From Trypanosoma brucei (Eukaryota), in contig CP000071.1 in the NCBI GenBank assembly GCA_000002445.1, forward strand, positions 768,001 to 832,000: a stretch of DNA of 64,000 bases. Reading direction: 5' to 3'. The notes beneath the pieces were generated by a model, which saw only the letters and a program-made list of their open reading frames with translations, ran no database searches and was not told where the DNA came from. Each line of letters begins with the position of its first letter. The stretch's first letter is position 1. Position numbers and translations under genes: made by a program. This document shows, piece by piece, positions 43,570 to 55,300 of the stretch.

Positions 43570-45492
43570 TAGAGTGAGTTACCGCGCGAATGGGAACGAA
43601 GAGGGCGAACCATAAACAAAAGAGAAGAACAGCACCTCCGGGAAACCCCCAACGGGGAAGAAAAAGCAAGCAACCGGAGGACAGGAACTCAAAAAATCTT
43701 ATAAAAGGGAGGAACCGCGGGAAAGTGATCGTTCTTTTTTACACGCAAATGAACTCATGCAGTAGGGGGAGAGATGGGTTGGCGCTGCACTCACTACGAA
43801 GGAAAAGAAGTAGGAGAGCGAAAATCTAGTTGTATTTATGGGTGACGAGGTGCGACCAAGGATCTTCGATATGCGCTGCTAAACCAGTTAACCGGGTGTG
43901 CGTTTATACTCATTTACACGGGAAAGGCACAAGATGCGGTGTTGGGGGACAGCGAAGAGAGTGTCCTTCAAGATTGAACGGAATTGTTTGGACATGGTAA
44001 AAGAGATCATGGGGCGTAGAGTGAATTACTAGGGCAACGGTCGAACACAACCACGCCACCTATACTTGGTGTGGTTTACCTCTTCTCTGTTGACTCCTCA
44101 GGTCTTTGTTTTGCTGCTTGATCCCCCAGCATAGTGCCTCCAAGTGGTTAGAGGTTTGTGAACCGAGGTGTGTGCGTCACAGGTTCAGTAGCATTAACCG
44201 TTCCTCCCTTACTTTATTTCTGAGAAATTACGTTATTTCTACCACACTTTTTCTCCGCACATGGGGCAAAGTTTCCCATTCCTCCGTGTGGCACGCGCCA
44301 CTGTCTTGCCAGTTATATATTTATTTATATATCCGCCTTTTTGTCTTCATCTGCCCCGGTTGGTAGTTGTGCGCGTATCACCTTGGGCCAGGCTTGTCGC
44401 GCAGCATAGATTAATGCACTTGTTTATTGGCTAAGGAGTTTTGTGGGCCTTTTGTACGTTCTGAGGGCATTGAGTGGGCTGTCGATTTTGTTGTAAAGGG
44501 GTGGAGAAACTGATTGTGGCTACGCCAATTGGGAACCATGTCTGCTTCACTCTGCCGCACATGGGGAGGGGGAAAAAGAAGTAAAGTGGAAGAGTGAAGG
44601 AGTGAGTTGTCAAACGTACTCGTGCCGTTATTCTGTGCATACGTAACCTCTGTCTTGCAGAGCCCCACCCCAATATTTTTGCGGGTCACCTCCTTCCCTC
44701 CCCCCCCCTTTCCCTCATTTTTGGTGTTCTCTTCCCAAATTTTATTCATTCCCTTCCACGGGAGCGTCCCATTAAATGATTTCCCCAAAGTTCTTTATCT
44801 TACCGATTTTGTTTTCTCTGTTTTGCAGAGGATTTACTAGCTTTTGCTGTTTGACAGTCCGAAGCAAAGCAACAAAGAGAGTAGTAAAAAAGAACCATGC
44901 TCACGACGTGTTTCGCTCAGTTGTGGTAATATTCTTCCCCGATGCTCTCCGTTTCAGTTTATTTCACCTGTCACACACGTCCAAAAGCACACCGGCCCTC
45001 ACCGTGAGTCTCACATGCATCCGTACTCGGGTCCAGCCGTCAATTCAGGTGGAGGAGGAGGAAGGGGCTGGCAGCGTCCAGACACCTCTGAAGTAGAGGT
45101 GTGTAGGAGGGGAATGCGAGAGGAGTAAAATAATTAACCTCTATGGGATGGATACTAGACGGAAAGAACAAGCTTATGTATAAGCGGCTTACGCATGTAA
45201 TAGTCAATTTGTCTTTAATGTGGATAAAACATGCTTTCCTGGTTGTGCTGAACTCTCCGTTCATCTTGCCTTACATCTTTTTCGTGTGCTTCTCTTTCCG
45301 TTCGTGCCTGTGTAAACCTAAACTCACACTGTCGTTTAAACTATTACGAACAAAACCCGAGGGTTCGCGTGGCCTTCGCTTCCGGAGCATTGATTGTCAT
45401 CACTGCGGGGGACGCGGGTGAACACGCTACGGCACTCATTTATAGACGTAGACACATCAGGCATAGCGCAACGCACCTGACATATAAGTTAA

Positions 45493-46827
45493 ATGCGGTG
45501 TTCAGCGCGCCTTGCCGCTGTCTTTACGCCGGCGATGCCTCATTTGGATGCTTTTCTCAGACGTCACACCCGACCCGATCACCGATTGCGCCATCATCCA
45601 CTGTGGCTCAGTGAAGAAGACCTGCAGCACCTAGGAAACATTTCCATCGACAGGACGAACCATTGTGGCAGCAGTCTATGTAAAGCGGACGGGCCTCTAC
45701 CAACTGTGCTGGTGGAAGCTCCACGCACGGTTTTCCTCTACAACATGGACCAACTTCCTCCTGAATGCGAGGTCCGGTGGCAGTTTCCGCCCGTAGACGT
45801 GCCATCGTCGGTGAGCAGTATGACAGGTTACAAACTTAAATCCCGCGAACTACTGGAAAAAGCCCGCCATGAGATGGGCTACGAGTCCAACTGGTGGGGC
45901 ACAAAGGCGGCGTGGGCCAAGAAAGGAGTCATGGTGGATATGAACTTGCTACCCACGCCCGTTCCTTCATTACATGTCAGCCAATTCCTTCACATATCAT
46001 TCCTCGTGAACGGTGATCACGTATTGAAGAACTCGTACATCTCTGGGAAGACCGGATCATTAAAATCTTGGACAAGCCATGAGGGTGTACCATCGGCATA
46101 CGAGGATTTTCAGCGGCTGGTGAAAGAACATATGCAGGCCCATAGTTTTGCCTCTCCTCTATACTTCTCGGAGTCTTCACTCCGGAACGCAGGGATTTCC
46201 ATCCGGCCAGGTGTTCAACCCCTGGACTTTTCCGATGTTCAACACACGAACAGCTACATAGGGAACAGGAAACTTGCGCTTCAGGAACTCACAACTACCT
46301 ACCAACAATACTACCACTTGTCACAGCTTGTATTCCCAGCTGGCTACAGAATTCCACGGTCCGTAGTTGAGGTGGAGCGTCAGAACCCCGGTGTGCCAAT
46401 CCACGGAATGACTGGTCGATTGCTGAGTGTCCCTGAGCTACATCCCGAAGCAATCGTGAACTCCAGCGCACCTGAATTGGCACCGTTTGTGATGCGGGGC
46501 AGCAATGAGACCGGCAGTAATGAGCCCAACAATGTTTCATCAGTTGTGGACTTGGAATCCCCGTGTGCTGCGTATGGAAGGAACTTGTGGTACTTACCAC
46601 AAGACGTGCTTGAAGCGGGTGGTGTGGTTGATCCAAACGCAATGCCCGTGGAGGCTGCTGTTGGTAGTCACTCTGACAAGAGGCGGCGCAAACTTTACAA
46701 TGTCGAACAATTGGTGATTCCACTTGAGGGTTACAAAGCAGTTGGTTGCATTGCTACCATGAACCGTTTCGTTCAGTCAGACAAGCCGCCATGTGCTGGA
46801 ACCTTAGCGGGTGATGAGTTGGGGTAG
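45493..46827 (+). CDS. Hypothetical protein (444 aa), paralogue of the 42553 gene with the same repeated LYNxEQL motif
   Basis: VFLYNMDQLPPECEV and KLYNVEQLVIPLEGY. The block EMGYESNWWGTKAAWAKKGVMV aligns with KHGFHSKWWLTRTQAVKNAL of the neighbour. The N-terminus MRCSARLAAVFTP...RRHTRPDHRLRHH is presequence-like. Confidence 0.65.
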   Translation: MRCSARLAAVFTPAMPHLDAFLRRHTRPDHRLRHHPLWLSEEDLQHLGNISIDRTNHCGSSLCKADGPLPTVLVEAPRTVFLYNMDQLPPECEVRWQFPPVDVPSSVSSMTGYKLKSRELLEKARHEMGYESNWWGTKAAWAKKGVMVDMNLLPTPVPSLHVSQFLHISFLVNGDHVLKNSYISGKTGSLKSWTSHEGVPSAYEDFQRLVKEHMQAHSFASPLYFSESSLRNAGISIRPGVQPLDFSDVQHTNSYIGNRKLALQELTTTYQQYYHLSQLVFPAGYRIPRSVVEVERQNPGVPIHGMTGRLLSVPELHPEAIVNSSAPELAPFVMRGSNETGSNEPNNVSSVVDLESPCAAYGRNLWYLPQDVLEAGGVVDPNAMPVEAAVGSHSDKRRRKLYNVEQLVIPLEGYKAVGCIATMNRFVQSDKPPCAGTLAGDELG

Positions 46828-47550
46828 CAATTGGTGAGCCCTGGGAAAAGTGGAGACTCGCCCAGGACTCTGAGTGGAGAAAACAGCGATGAAGAGGGGG
46901 GTTTTGGGGTAAGCTAATAGTTGCCGAGCTCGGTAGAAGGATCACGGACGGTTGGCCCTCGCGGTGGAGCGAACGGCGGAACGCCTTGAGTTTGGCACCA
47001 TATGTTTGCGTTGTCTGCACGAAGGGGTGCCAAGTGATTCGTTTCACAAGTTATTATTTTCACATACAACTCTTTTACTCTCCTTTCATTTGTCGATTCT
47101 GCACCTATCCCTGCGACCTGCTACCGGCCTTGGATGGCGAACTTCTTTGTGCATTGAATCTGGATCCCACTTCCCTTTCCAATTTTATTCTCCAGTGACA
47201 ATTTTGTGCCATTCTTTTTTTCAGTCATCCCTGTTTGTTTGGAGGGGGATTCTCGATGTGGTGGCATCACTGGTGCTGGTAGAAACCCAACCTGGGAACG
47301 GAGAGCCTCTACCACACGTCGGCTCCGTGCGAACCGAGCGCCTCCCGGGTCCTAGCGGGTGTTTTTTTTTTCTAAATTCGTTTTGATGTATTGTTGTGAG
47401 AGTTTAGGGACCTGCAGGAGGGATACAAGGTGTTGTGAAACGGGTTGGGCTACAAATCGTGTGCTTATAATTCTTTTTCTCGTTTCGGTTGTTTCTGCGA
47501 GCTAGGCCAGTGAAAGAATTTGAGAATTGGGCTTCCATAAGCTGGCTGTT

Positions 47551-48984
47551 ATGACGAGCAAGCATGTGGTGGGGAATGTTTTCGCTGCTACGGCTGTTCT
47601 GCGATGTGGACGCTTCGTCAGCGGTACGCGATTAGGATGTAGCTCCGGGAAAATTATTATCCCGACACTTCCTACTTCAGGGGTGGTTGAAAGGAACCTC
47701 GGATCGTTTTCCTCCACTTCGGCTCTGGGCCGTGGAAGCAGCGAGTACTACGAAAACAAGAGGATGGACCCTGCAGTGGGACAATTTCTTGGCGGTGATG
47801 CCAGTGCTACACTTCGGCGGCAGCAGCAGCTTGAGCATTTTCGCAACGCTACGGAGGACGCCGCCGTGAGGATATGGCGGGACTCTAAGAGCCACATTCG
47901 ACGGCAGGAAAAACTTGTGCAAGATATAGGTGTAGAAGGGGCAGTTCGAGAGCTGCTCCAGCCTACACAAATTTCATTTCGTCAGGAGCTACGTCAGCGC
48001 CCATTGGACCGCGGTATCCTGGAGGAAATATATAAGGGACTGCACGGGAGGCGGATCGAAAGGCAGTTGAAAAGGGGTGTGTCATGGGAGCATTGGATTA
48101 CAAAGGGTGATGGCACCGCACCGGTGTTCACCGCCTCTAGGAAGGCACAGCAAACATTTGCGTTTGGTGGTAACATTAAGCTAGTGGCGAAGGCGACACA
48201 CCCCAAACAGTTCCCGGTTATGGCCATGGGTGGAGGGTATGAAAGCAGCAACGGTGTTTTCGCAATGGGGGAGTCGCAGCGTTTGGTGCCGGAGGTTGCG
48301 TTTGTTGGTCGCACTTCGAGTGGAAAATCGTCACTGGTGAATGCCATTGTAAATGCGATGGTTGCACCGTATGGGCACCTGCAGGGGACGACTAGCTCCG
48401 TTAACTTCTACAACATTGCAGACAAAATAGTACTTGTAGACTGCCCGGGGTACGGTTATTACAATCCAATGGAAACACCTCATCTGGACGCGGAGAATGC
48501 CGTGGCGTCAATGCGTGCGTATCTCACTTCATGCAGCCGTTGCGTTGACGAGAAGCAAGCGGTGGCGGGTACGGGCCGTATCAACATAGCAGAGCGGGCC
48601 GCTAAGGACAAGGCGGCAAAGCATGGGAACAGAAGTCGCATTCGTGCTCCGGGTGTACCTCGTCCGATTAAGCGTGTATTCGTTTGTGTGTCTGCACGCG
48701 GGATGCAACACAGTGATTTGGCGTACCTGGACCACCTAGAGACTCTCTCCCTTCCCTTCTCTGTTGTTCTCACAAAAACGGATGCCGCGCCCATTCGATT
48801 TCTTGCGCGGCTTGCGGACCACACACGCTGCCAGCTTGTTCATTACAAGAATTGCAAGGAGCTACTTCTAACGAGCTCACTTCGGCTTGCCGGAATTGAC
48901 AAAATGCAGAGTCTTATTGGAAGTATGGCACTTGGGGAAGACAAGCTGCATGGCGCGACGACTGACTTCAGCGCCATTGTTTAA
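47551..48984 (+). CDS. EngB/YihA-family GTP-binding protein (ribosome-biogenesis GTPase) with an N-terminal mitochondrial-presequence-like extension
   Basis: G1 VAFVGRTSSGKSSLVNAIV. G3 VLVDCPGYGY (DxxG). G4 VVLTKTD (TKxD). The start is the ATG at 47551 (MTSKHVVGNVFAATAVLRCGRF). The track start at 47527 is a TTG. Confidence 0.85.
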   Translation: MTSKHVVGNVFAATAVLRCGRFVSGTRLGCSSGKIIIPTLPTSGVVERNLGSFSSTSALGRGSSEYYENKRMDPAVGQFLGGDASATLRRQQQLEHFRNATEDAAVRIWRDSKSHIRRQEKLVQDIGVEGAVRELLQPTQISFRQELRQRPLDRGILEEIYKGLHGRRIERQLKRGVSWEHWITKGDGTAPVFTASRKAQQTFAFGGNIKLVAKATHPKQFPVMAMGGGYESSNGVFAMGESQRLVPEVAFVGRTSSGKSSLVNAIVNAMVAPYGHLQGTTSSVNFYNIADKIVLVDCPGYGYYNPMETPHLDAENAVASMRAYLTSCSRCVDEKQAVAGTGRINIAERAAKDKAAKHGNRSRIRAPGVPRPIKRVFVCVSARGMQHSDLAYLDHLETLSLPFSVVLTKTDAAPIRFLARLADHTRCQLVHYKNCKELLLTSSLRLAGIDKMQSLIGSMALGEDKLHGATTDFSAIV

Positions 48985-49127
48985 CGTTCTAGTCTTTTTT
49001 GTGACTGCAAACTGGTGTTTCGGTGAAGTGCCTGTCTTGTTGGTTGGGTGCGAACTGTGTTGAGATACCGTGGAGATTATGGGTTCTTGAAATTACGAAA
49101 CCAGGTTCACGCGGCCAAGTCACTTCT

Positions 49128-49160
49128 GTTAATTTTTTTTTCATCTATCTACATAACTAG
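49128..49160 (+). promoter_or_regulatory. Polypyrimidine tract/AG upstream of the IP3R ORF (putative trans-splice acceptor region)
   Basis: ttaatttttttttcatctatctacataactag. The ATG is about 200 nt downstream. Confidence 0.35.
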
Positions 49161-49352
49161 CGGTAGAGAACGATAATTGTACACATACAAAAGTTTTTGT
49201 TCTTCACAGTTTTGGGCCGAAAAAGCGAAGTACAGGCAGACCATATAGTCAGTGTACTTCAAGTTTCCTTTCACCTCAGTGGATCGAAGTCGTATCAGTG
49301 AGGCGCTCGTTTCGCATCTCGTTTCACATATTCCCATCCTTGGCTCGTCGAT

Positions 49353-52300
49353 ATGAGCCAAAGCCGTGTTCCTATAAGGTATGGAGCCTTTATTCACCTC
49401 TCCTGCGACGAAGGGTACGTTACAGCGGGAGGGTTGGGTAATGAAGGGTTGTTCATACGGAACAAGAATGAGCTAAGCGACGATGCCGAGCCACTACCGC
49501 TTTTTGGGTTTGAAACAAGCGTTTTTCAGATCCTACCTCCAACAGTGGCTAAAGTCGCGGCAGAGGAGGGGTTGAGCAAAGGCAACCGGGCTCCAAACAG
49601 CAACCCTCTTTCGGACGGTGTCAGTAATATTTACTCGACACAACAGGTGACTTTCGGGCAATTGTTTGTGCTGGTCCATGCGGTGAGCCGCCTACACGTG
49701 GCGGCACTGCCGTCGGAACCTTCTGAGAGGGACCCTGACTGCGCCCGGCTTGTGCTCGCACCGCCTGGTGAAATTGAGCAAACCTTCTGCCAGTTTATCT
49801 TCACACCGCGTTACACAACGCACGGTGAAGGAGATGTCGTGTGCCGAGGTGATGAAGTATTGGTGCAGCTGTCCAGCATCCCTATATTCCTTCAAACTAC
49901 GGTGGTGTCACCTACACGCCCGGTAAAACACGAAACTTTTGGAAGTGCAAGCTTCCCCTACGAACCGACTGATGGATGTGGACGTGGGAACAGTTGGAGT
50001 GCTGGCACCCGTATGGCACTATCTGCTGTGTTGGGAGCACCAGAGGTTAACTTATCGGAGGCAAAAGCACTCGTTTTTGTTGTTGAGCGCTATGACATCG
50101 ATCGAGATAAAGCGGAACATCAACGTATTCTGCACCGCATCCCCCGGCCGTGCGTTTCCGCAGGTGTGCCGGTAATATTTTACCATCTCGAGCACAAGCG
50201 GGTACTGGCTACGAGTGTCGCAATGCCCCCTTGCCAAGGGGGTGGCAAGATTGGAGTGTCAGGCGTGGCGCCAAGGGGCAATGAAGGTGGTGGGGAACGC
50301 GATCATTTGCTCAAGACAAGACAGACTCACTCAGTGATGGGAAATGTTACCGTGATATGCCACGCTTCAGGGAGGTTTGCTGCGGCGGGGAGTTCGAAGT
50401 CGCAGGGAAGTGATTCCCATTCCGCAGGAGCGACAAGCCTCGACTCCGACCCATGTAGCACTAAAGGAAAGGCACCCGATGACCGTAAAAGGGTGAATGG
50501 TGTCGGTGGTGCCGCCCTCCCGCTCTTCGCAGTGGATAAGGGTGTAGCTGATGGAACGTTCAGTGAAGAGGGAGCCCTCAGCGGGTTGCAGTGCAGTTGC
50601 ACCGCTTTGTGGATATTAGAAAACGAGCAACCAACGGTAGGTGGGGCCGTGAATATGAATTCGGGAGTGTATCGCCTCCGTCAAGCCTGTTCTAACTTAT
50701 ACGTTGCTGTGGAAGGGTCAGCCGTTGATACTATACTTGAGGGGGACGGTTCTCCTGAGGGATCTGTTGTGTCGCAGAGGTCCTGTTGTAACCTCACTGG
50801 AGATATCGTAAACGAGGAGGGGGGTGATGTGGTTCGCCCCACAACGCTGTCCATGATTCCGCCACCACGTACACCGAAAGACCTTCAACGCACACTTTTC
50901 AGACTAAGCCCCATGTTTAACACAGATTGCGGGTATCTTATCGAGAATGACTGCTTGCTACTGCAGAACGTCGCCACAGACATGTATCTGTGCACAAGTG
51001 AGGGAAGTGAAACTCTTTCTCTATCATGGAAGCCATCAAATATTGATTTGATAGTCGTCCGAAGGGCCGCAACGGACGTCCAGGATAGCGTCCTATTTCT
51101 TTGGTCCCAATGTGAAACACTTAGTGGGTACCGTGATGCCTTCCAGGTACTGACAACGGAAGGAACGGCAACGCACCAGCAACAAACGGAAACGGACGGT
51201 GAACATGGACAGGGCAGGTATCCTTCGGCAGAAGGCTCAACCAGCCCCACTCTGATGGAAGGAAGAATGGCAATTGTATCGGATTATAATCACATTCCAG
51301 AAAGTTTTGTACGACCTAGCAAAACGTGCCCCAAAGGCAGTAACGTAGGTACTGGTTATGCTTCGCTTCTTCCGGTTATTTGTGCCTGCCAGCGTACACT
51401 CGCCGAGCTCATAATTTTTTGTTCAATCTCTCCTGAACGAAATGTTCTGCGAAGAGACGGCATACCTATCCCGAACCACCAGCATATGTTGGTTGAACTG
51501 TGCGTTCACCGCCTAGTTATTGATGTTATTCTCGCCCCCTTTTCAAAGTTTGGGGTGAGAGCTGACCGATCGGTGGGAAAGCATGCACAATGCTGCGGGC
51601 AGTGGGGCTGTTCTTCTTGGCTTCCACCGCTTCCACTGTCTGGCGGAGTGGTGGATGTTAACGACCTTTTACTGAAGATGCACCGAGAGATTCATATCGT
51701 CTGTCGTCTTGGTTTTCGACTCTTAAGGCAAATGGTCCGTCAAGCGCCGGAGCTCAAGGCAGGGTTTGAAAACTATATACCGTATTTTCTGGCTTTTGAC
51801 GGGTACAAGCTAGAGGTTGTCGATTCGCTGACAAGGCTCTTTTCGGAGAACCCCGCCGTGAGGAACTCATCTTTGGAACTTGTGGTTAATCACTACATCG
51901 CTGGCCTCCACCTCACGCGTTCCGGAAGATATCTGCAGTTGCTATGCTCCATGTGTTCTGTTGGGACCCACGGCGTGACGGAACGTCAGCGACTTGTGTG
52001 TCAAAAACTTCTCGTTGAAAATGCTAACGCATTGTACAGCTTTGTGCTTGATAGTGGCGGCGAGTGGGCCGTTAAAACTGACAAGGATGAACCGCCAATA
52101 CCGTGTAACATCCTTTTTTCAGGACAGCAACAAGACGGCGGAGAAGAGGAAGGAACGAAGCTGAGGGAATACGTGCAGAGCGAATTGGAGCTACTGGGTG
52201 CCCTGTGTCTGGATGGGTGCCCACCTTTATGTAGGGAAGAAGTAGCCAAAGTGTTCCCTTCACCAGTGCTCCTGATGGCTTTACGCAACTTTTCGCCGAA

Positions 52301-55300
52301 ATGGCCTGAAGTGAGCGACCGGTCGCGCGTCTGTGACGTTGTGCGGAGTCATTTAATACGTCTCGCAATGCACTGCTACATCCTTCCATATATCGATGAC
52401 CCAGCTGTGCAGCTACGCGAGGGCGCCGTCCTGCTAGGTTCCAGCAAGTTGCATCTCAAAGTCGATGAAAAAACAGCCTTCTCTGGCAAGCCGGACAGTG
52501 AACTCACCCAGGCTGTGAAAGAGGGAACACTCCACGTCATCCGTTCTAACACCCATTTTGTACGGTCTGACACAGGCCGTAGTATATTGATTCGTGCCGC
52601 ATTAGCGGCATGGCTGCGGTTCGTTAGTGCACATCAGGTTTCCGCCACGGAGACAGCCTGTCTGGTACCGTTGCTTCTAGAGCTTCTTGATAGTAGAGAC
52701 GACGAGGCTCACGACGGCAGCAGCAAAATAGCGGAATACACATGGACACGCCTTGAAGTATCCGAAGCGGGACTGCTCGTTGTTCGGGCTCGAGAGATGA
52801 TTTGTCAGATCCTTCTGCAAATTCTTGAGACCGCTACTTACCGCGCAGCAAATGAAATTAACCTACTGCTGCATGGTATTTTGGTTACTGACCACGGCGC
52901 CAGCCTCGCCCACCAGCACGATTATTGTTCGTTACTCCGCAGGGCGGACGTCTCTTCGACCGGAGACCCGTTTGTCACATCCCCAACCGAAAGAGACGCA
53001 CTGCTGTGGCACAAAGGCAAGGCCAATGACGGTAATGGAAACCGTTGCTTTGGATTGAACAGACGCAAGGGGCCCAGCGACTACCAGTCGACGGTAGCCG
53101 GTAGCGCCGTGACCACGCAGCTCAGTGGCTCCACAAAGGATGTTGCCGCCTTCTTAGATTACGTCAAAGGCATCTGCAGTTGCATCGTGCGCCCACTCCG
53201 TGTTGATCAGCTGGTACCACGGCTCGTCGATCTTGCACACCACGATGGATCACAATTGGCACCATACGCCATGGAGTTGCTCGTTCGAATCTGCACGGTG
53301 AGGCGCAGTGTGGCCCGTCTCGTGCTTCAAGTGCATCCTTTCCCCTCCTCCGAAGTGATTCAATGTTTTGACAATATGTATTTTGCTGCTGTTCAAGTGC
53401 GGTCATCATATATTCGAGGATCCGTGGAGGAGGCCATTGATGTTGCCCTCCAGGGCATCGACGGGTTAAGCACTCAAACTCAAAACGAGGTGACAGGCAC
53501 AACGAATGAGGGTAGAGTGGATGACGGAGGCACCGACGAGTACTATAATGATTTAACGGAGGATGACGAGGAGATCGAAGAAATAGGTATTTGTGAAGAA
53601 CAAGAAGTTGAGGCAAGCTCTTCGTCAGCCCCCGAAGACCAACATGAGGTCGGAGGGGAAAGCAAAGCACGGCGCCTGTGGTCAAAGGCAGCTGGTGCGG
53701 CCCGCATCGTTGTGTATCGAAACGCCATAATTGCACGCCGACGTTCTGTTGGACTAAGCGAAACGTCGCGCGTCCCGCTTCGCGTTGTTGTCCGTGCGGA
53801 GACAGTACGCCATTGGCAAGTGCACATAACTATGCTCGAAATGTACCCGTTCATCGGCCCGTCGAGCCCTGCGTTCAGCAAGTGGATGCGTTTCTTTTAT
53901 GTTTTCACGTTATCCCAAAGTAATGCCGAGTCGCTGAAGGCCTACATTGATATATTTATGGGGGCCTTCAACCTTAGCAGCAACTGCGTTGTTATGGGCC
54001 TCCATATTGTCCTCAGTATTCTCGCGACAATCAAAGATCCAACACCACACCTAACTGACGCATTTCTCCGCGAGTCCGCCCGTTACATTGATGGAGAAAT
54101 TGCTGCTCTTCACCCCGACGGAGAGTTTGCCACCAAGTTGGGTCTCCACGTCTTCACCAAGACCACGGTTGGGGGCATTCCGCGACGTCGTATGTTACAG
54201 CTGTTGCGTGACTATGATGCCTTCCGCTGCCTCCCCTCACCCGGAGTGACCGAGAAGCACGGGCGGGGTCGCTTCACAGCTTGCATCGTTGAGATGGTTT
54301 GCCGCATTTGCGGTACATCAATGGGTGCCGTGGCGCTGGGGCGGTCGGCTCTGCCAGTGACTCATCTCTTAGAAATCACGCTGAGCTATGGCACATCCTA
54401 CACCCCCCTGGTAGAGGTGCCGCGGCCCCGTGCATTGTGGGAAAGTAACTCGTTCCATCTTCTCGGTGCTTATCTGTTGGCGCTCGTGTCGCTCTACATT
54501 GCCGCGGGCGACGCAGGGGGAGACGGGGGTCGAAGACAACGGCAGATGGAATGGATGGCGAACCGTGACTGGTGGTCGGTTGTGCTTTTGCTTTCACGGC
54601 AGCTAAAAGAGCTCACACGGCTAATGCAGTCTAGAACAGAGACTGTGCTATGGCGGGGACGCCGCATTCTGCAGCGGTATCGCCGGTTGTGGCTTGTCAA
54701 TTTACCGCTGGCACTGTTAACTTTCATGACAGAATGTTTTAATGAGGCAGGTTTTTACAGGTACCGGGACGTTGTGGGAGCTACCTTCCACGAAATGTGT
54801 ATGAGTGTCGCCGGGTTTAGCGAAGTGCTCCTCGCAAGTGCTGATGCGATACGGCTGCAGGCAAGAGAGATGGTGGGTTACCGCCGCCTCGTGGCCCTTC
54901 TCCAGGTCCAGACGGGAAACCTCGTGGGTCACGAGCTTCTTTCAGGCACGATGTTGACGACGCGACGCAATCTACGACACGGCGTTATCTGCTACTATAA
55001 GAAAATAAATGAGGCCGAAGAAGAGGCCCGCGGACTACACCCGGACGCTCTCCTGTTGGCCGAGACCGGACCCCAGGCTGAAAACGACGGCATCCAGGGT
55101 GGTTTAATTGCAACAGCGGATGTACCCACGCACACACAAAACGATGCAGACGACTCGTCCCCTATGGGATTACTAATATCTGGTGCTGCGACGAAATGTC
55201 TTGATGCGGAGCGACTCCGTGGTGCACTGCGCAGTCTTGTGAACCGTGACCAACTGATCACCATGGAGGACAGCACGGACCTAGGTGAGCCGGCTGGGAT

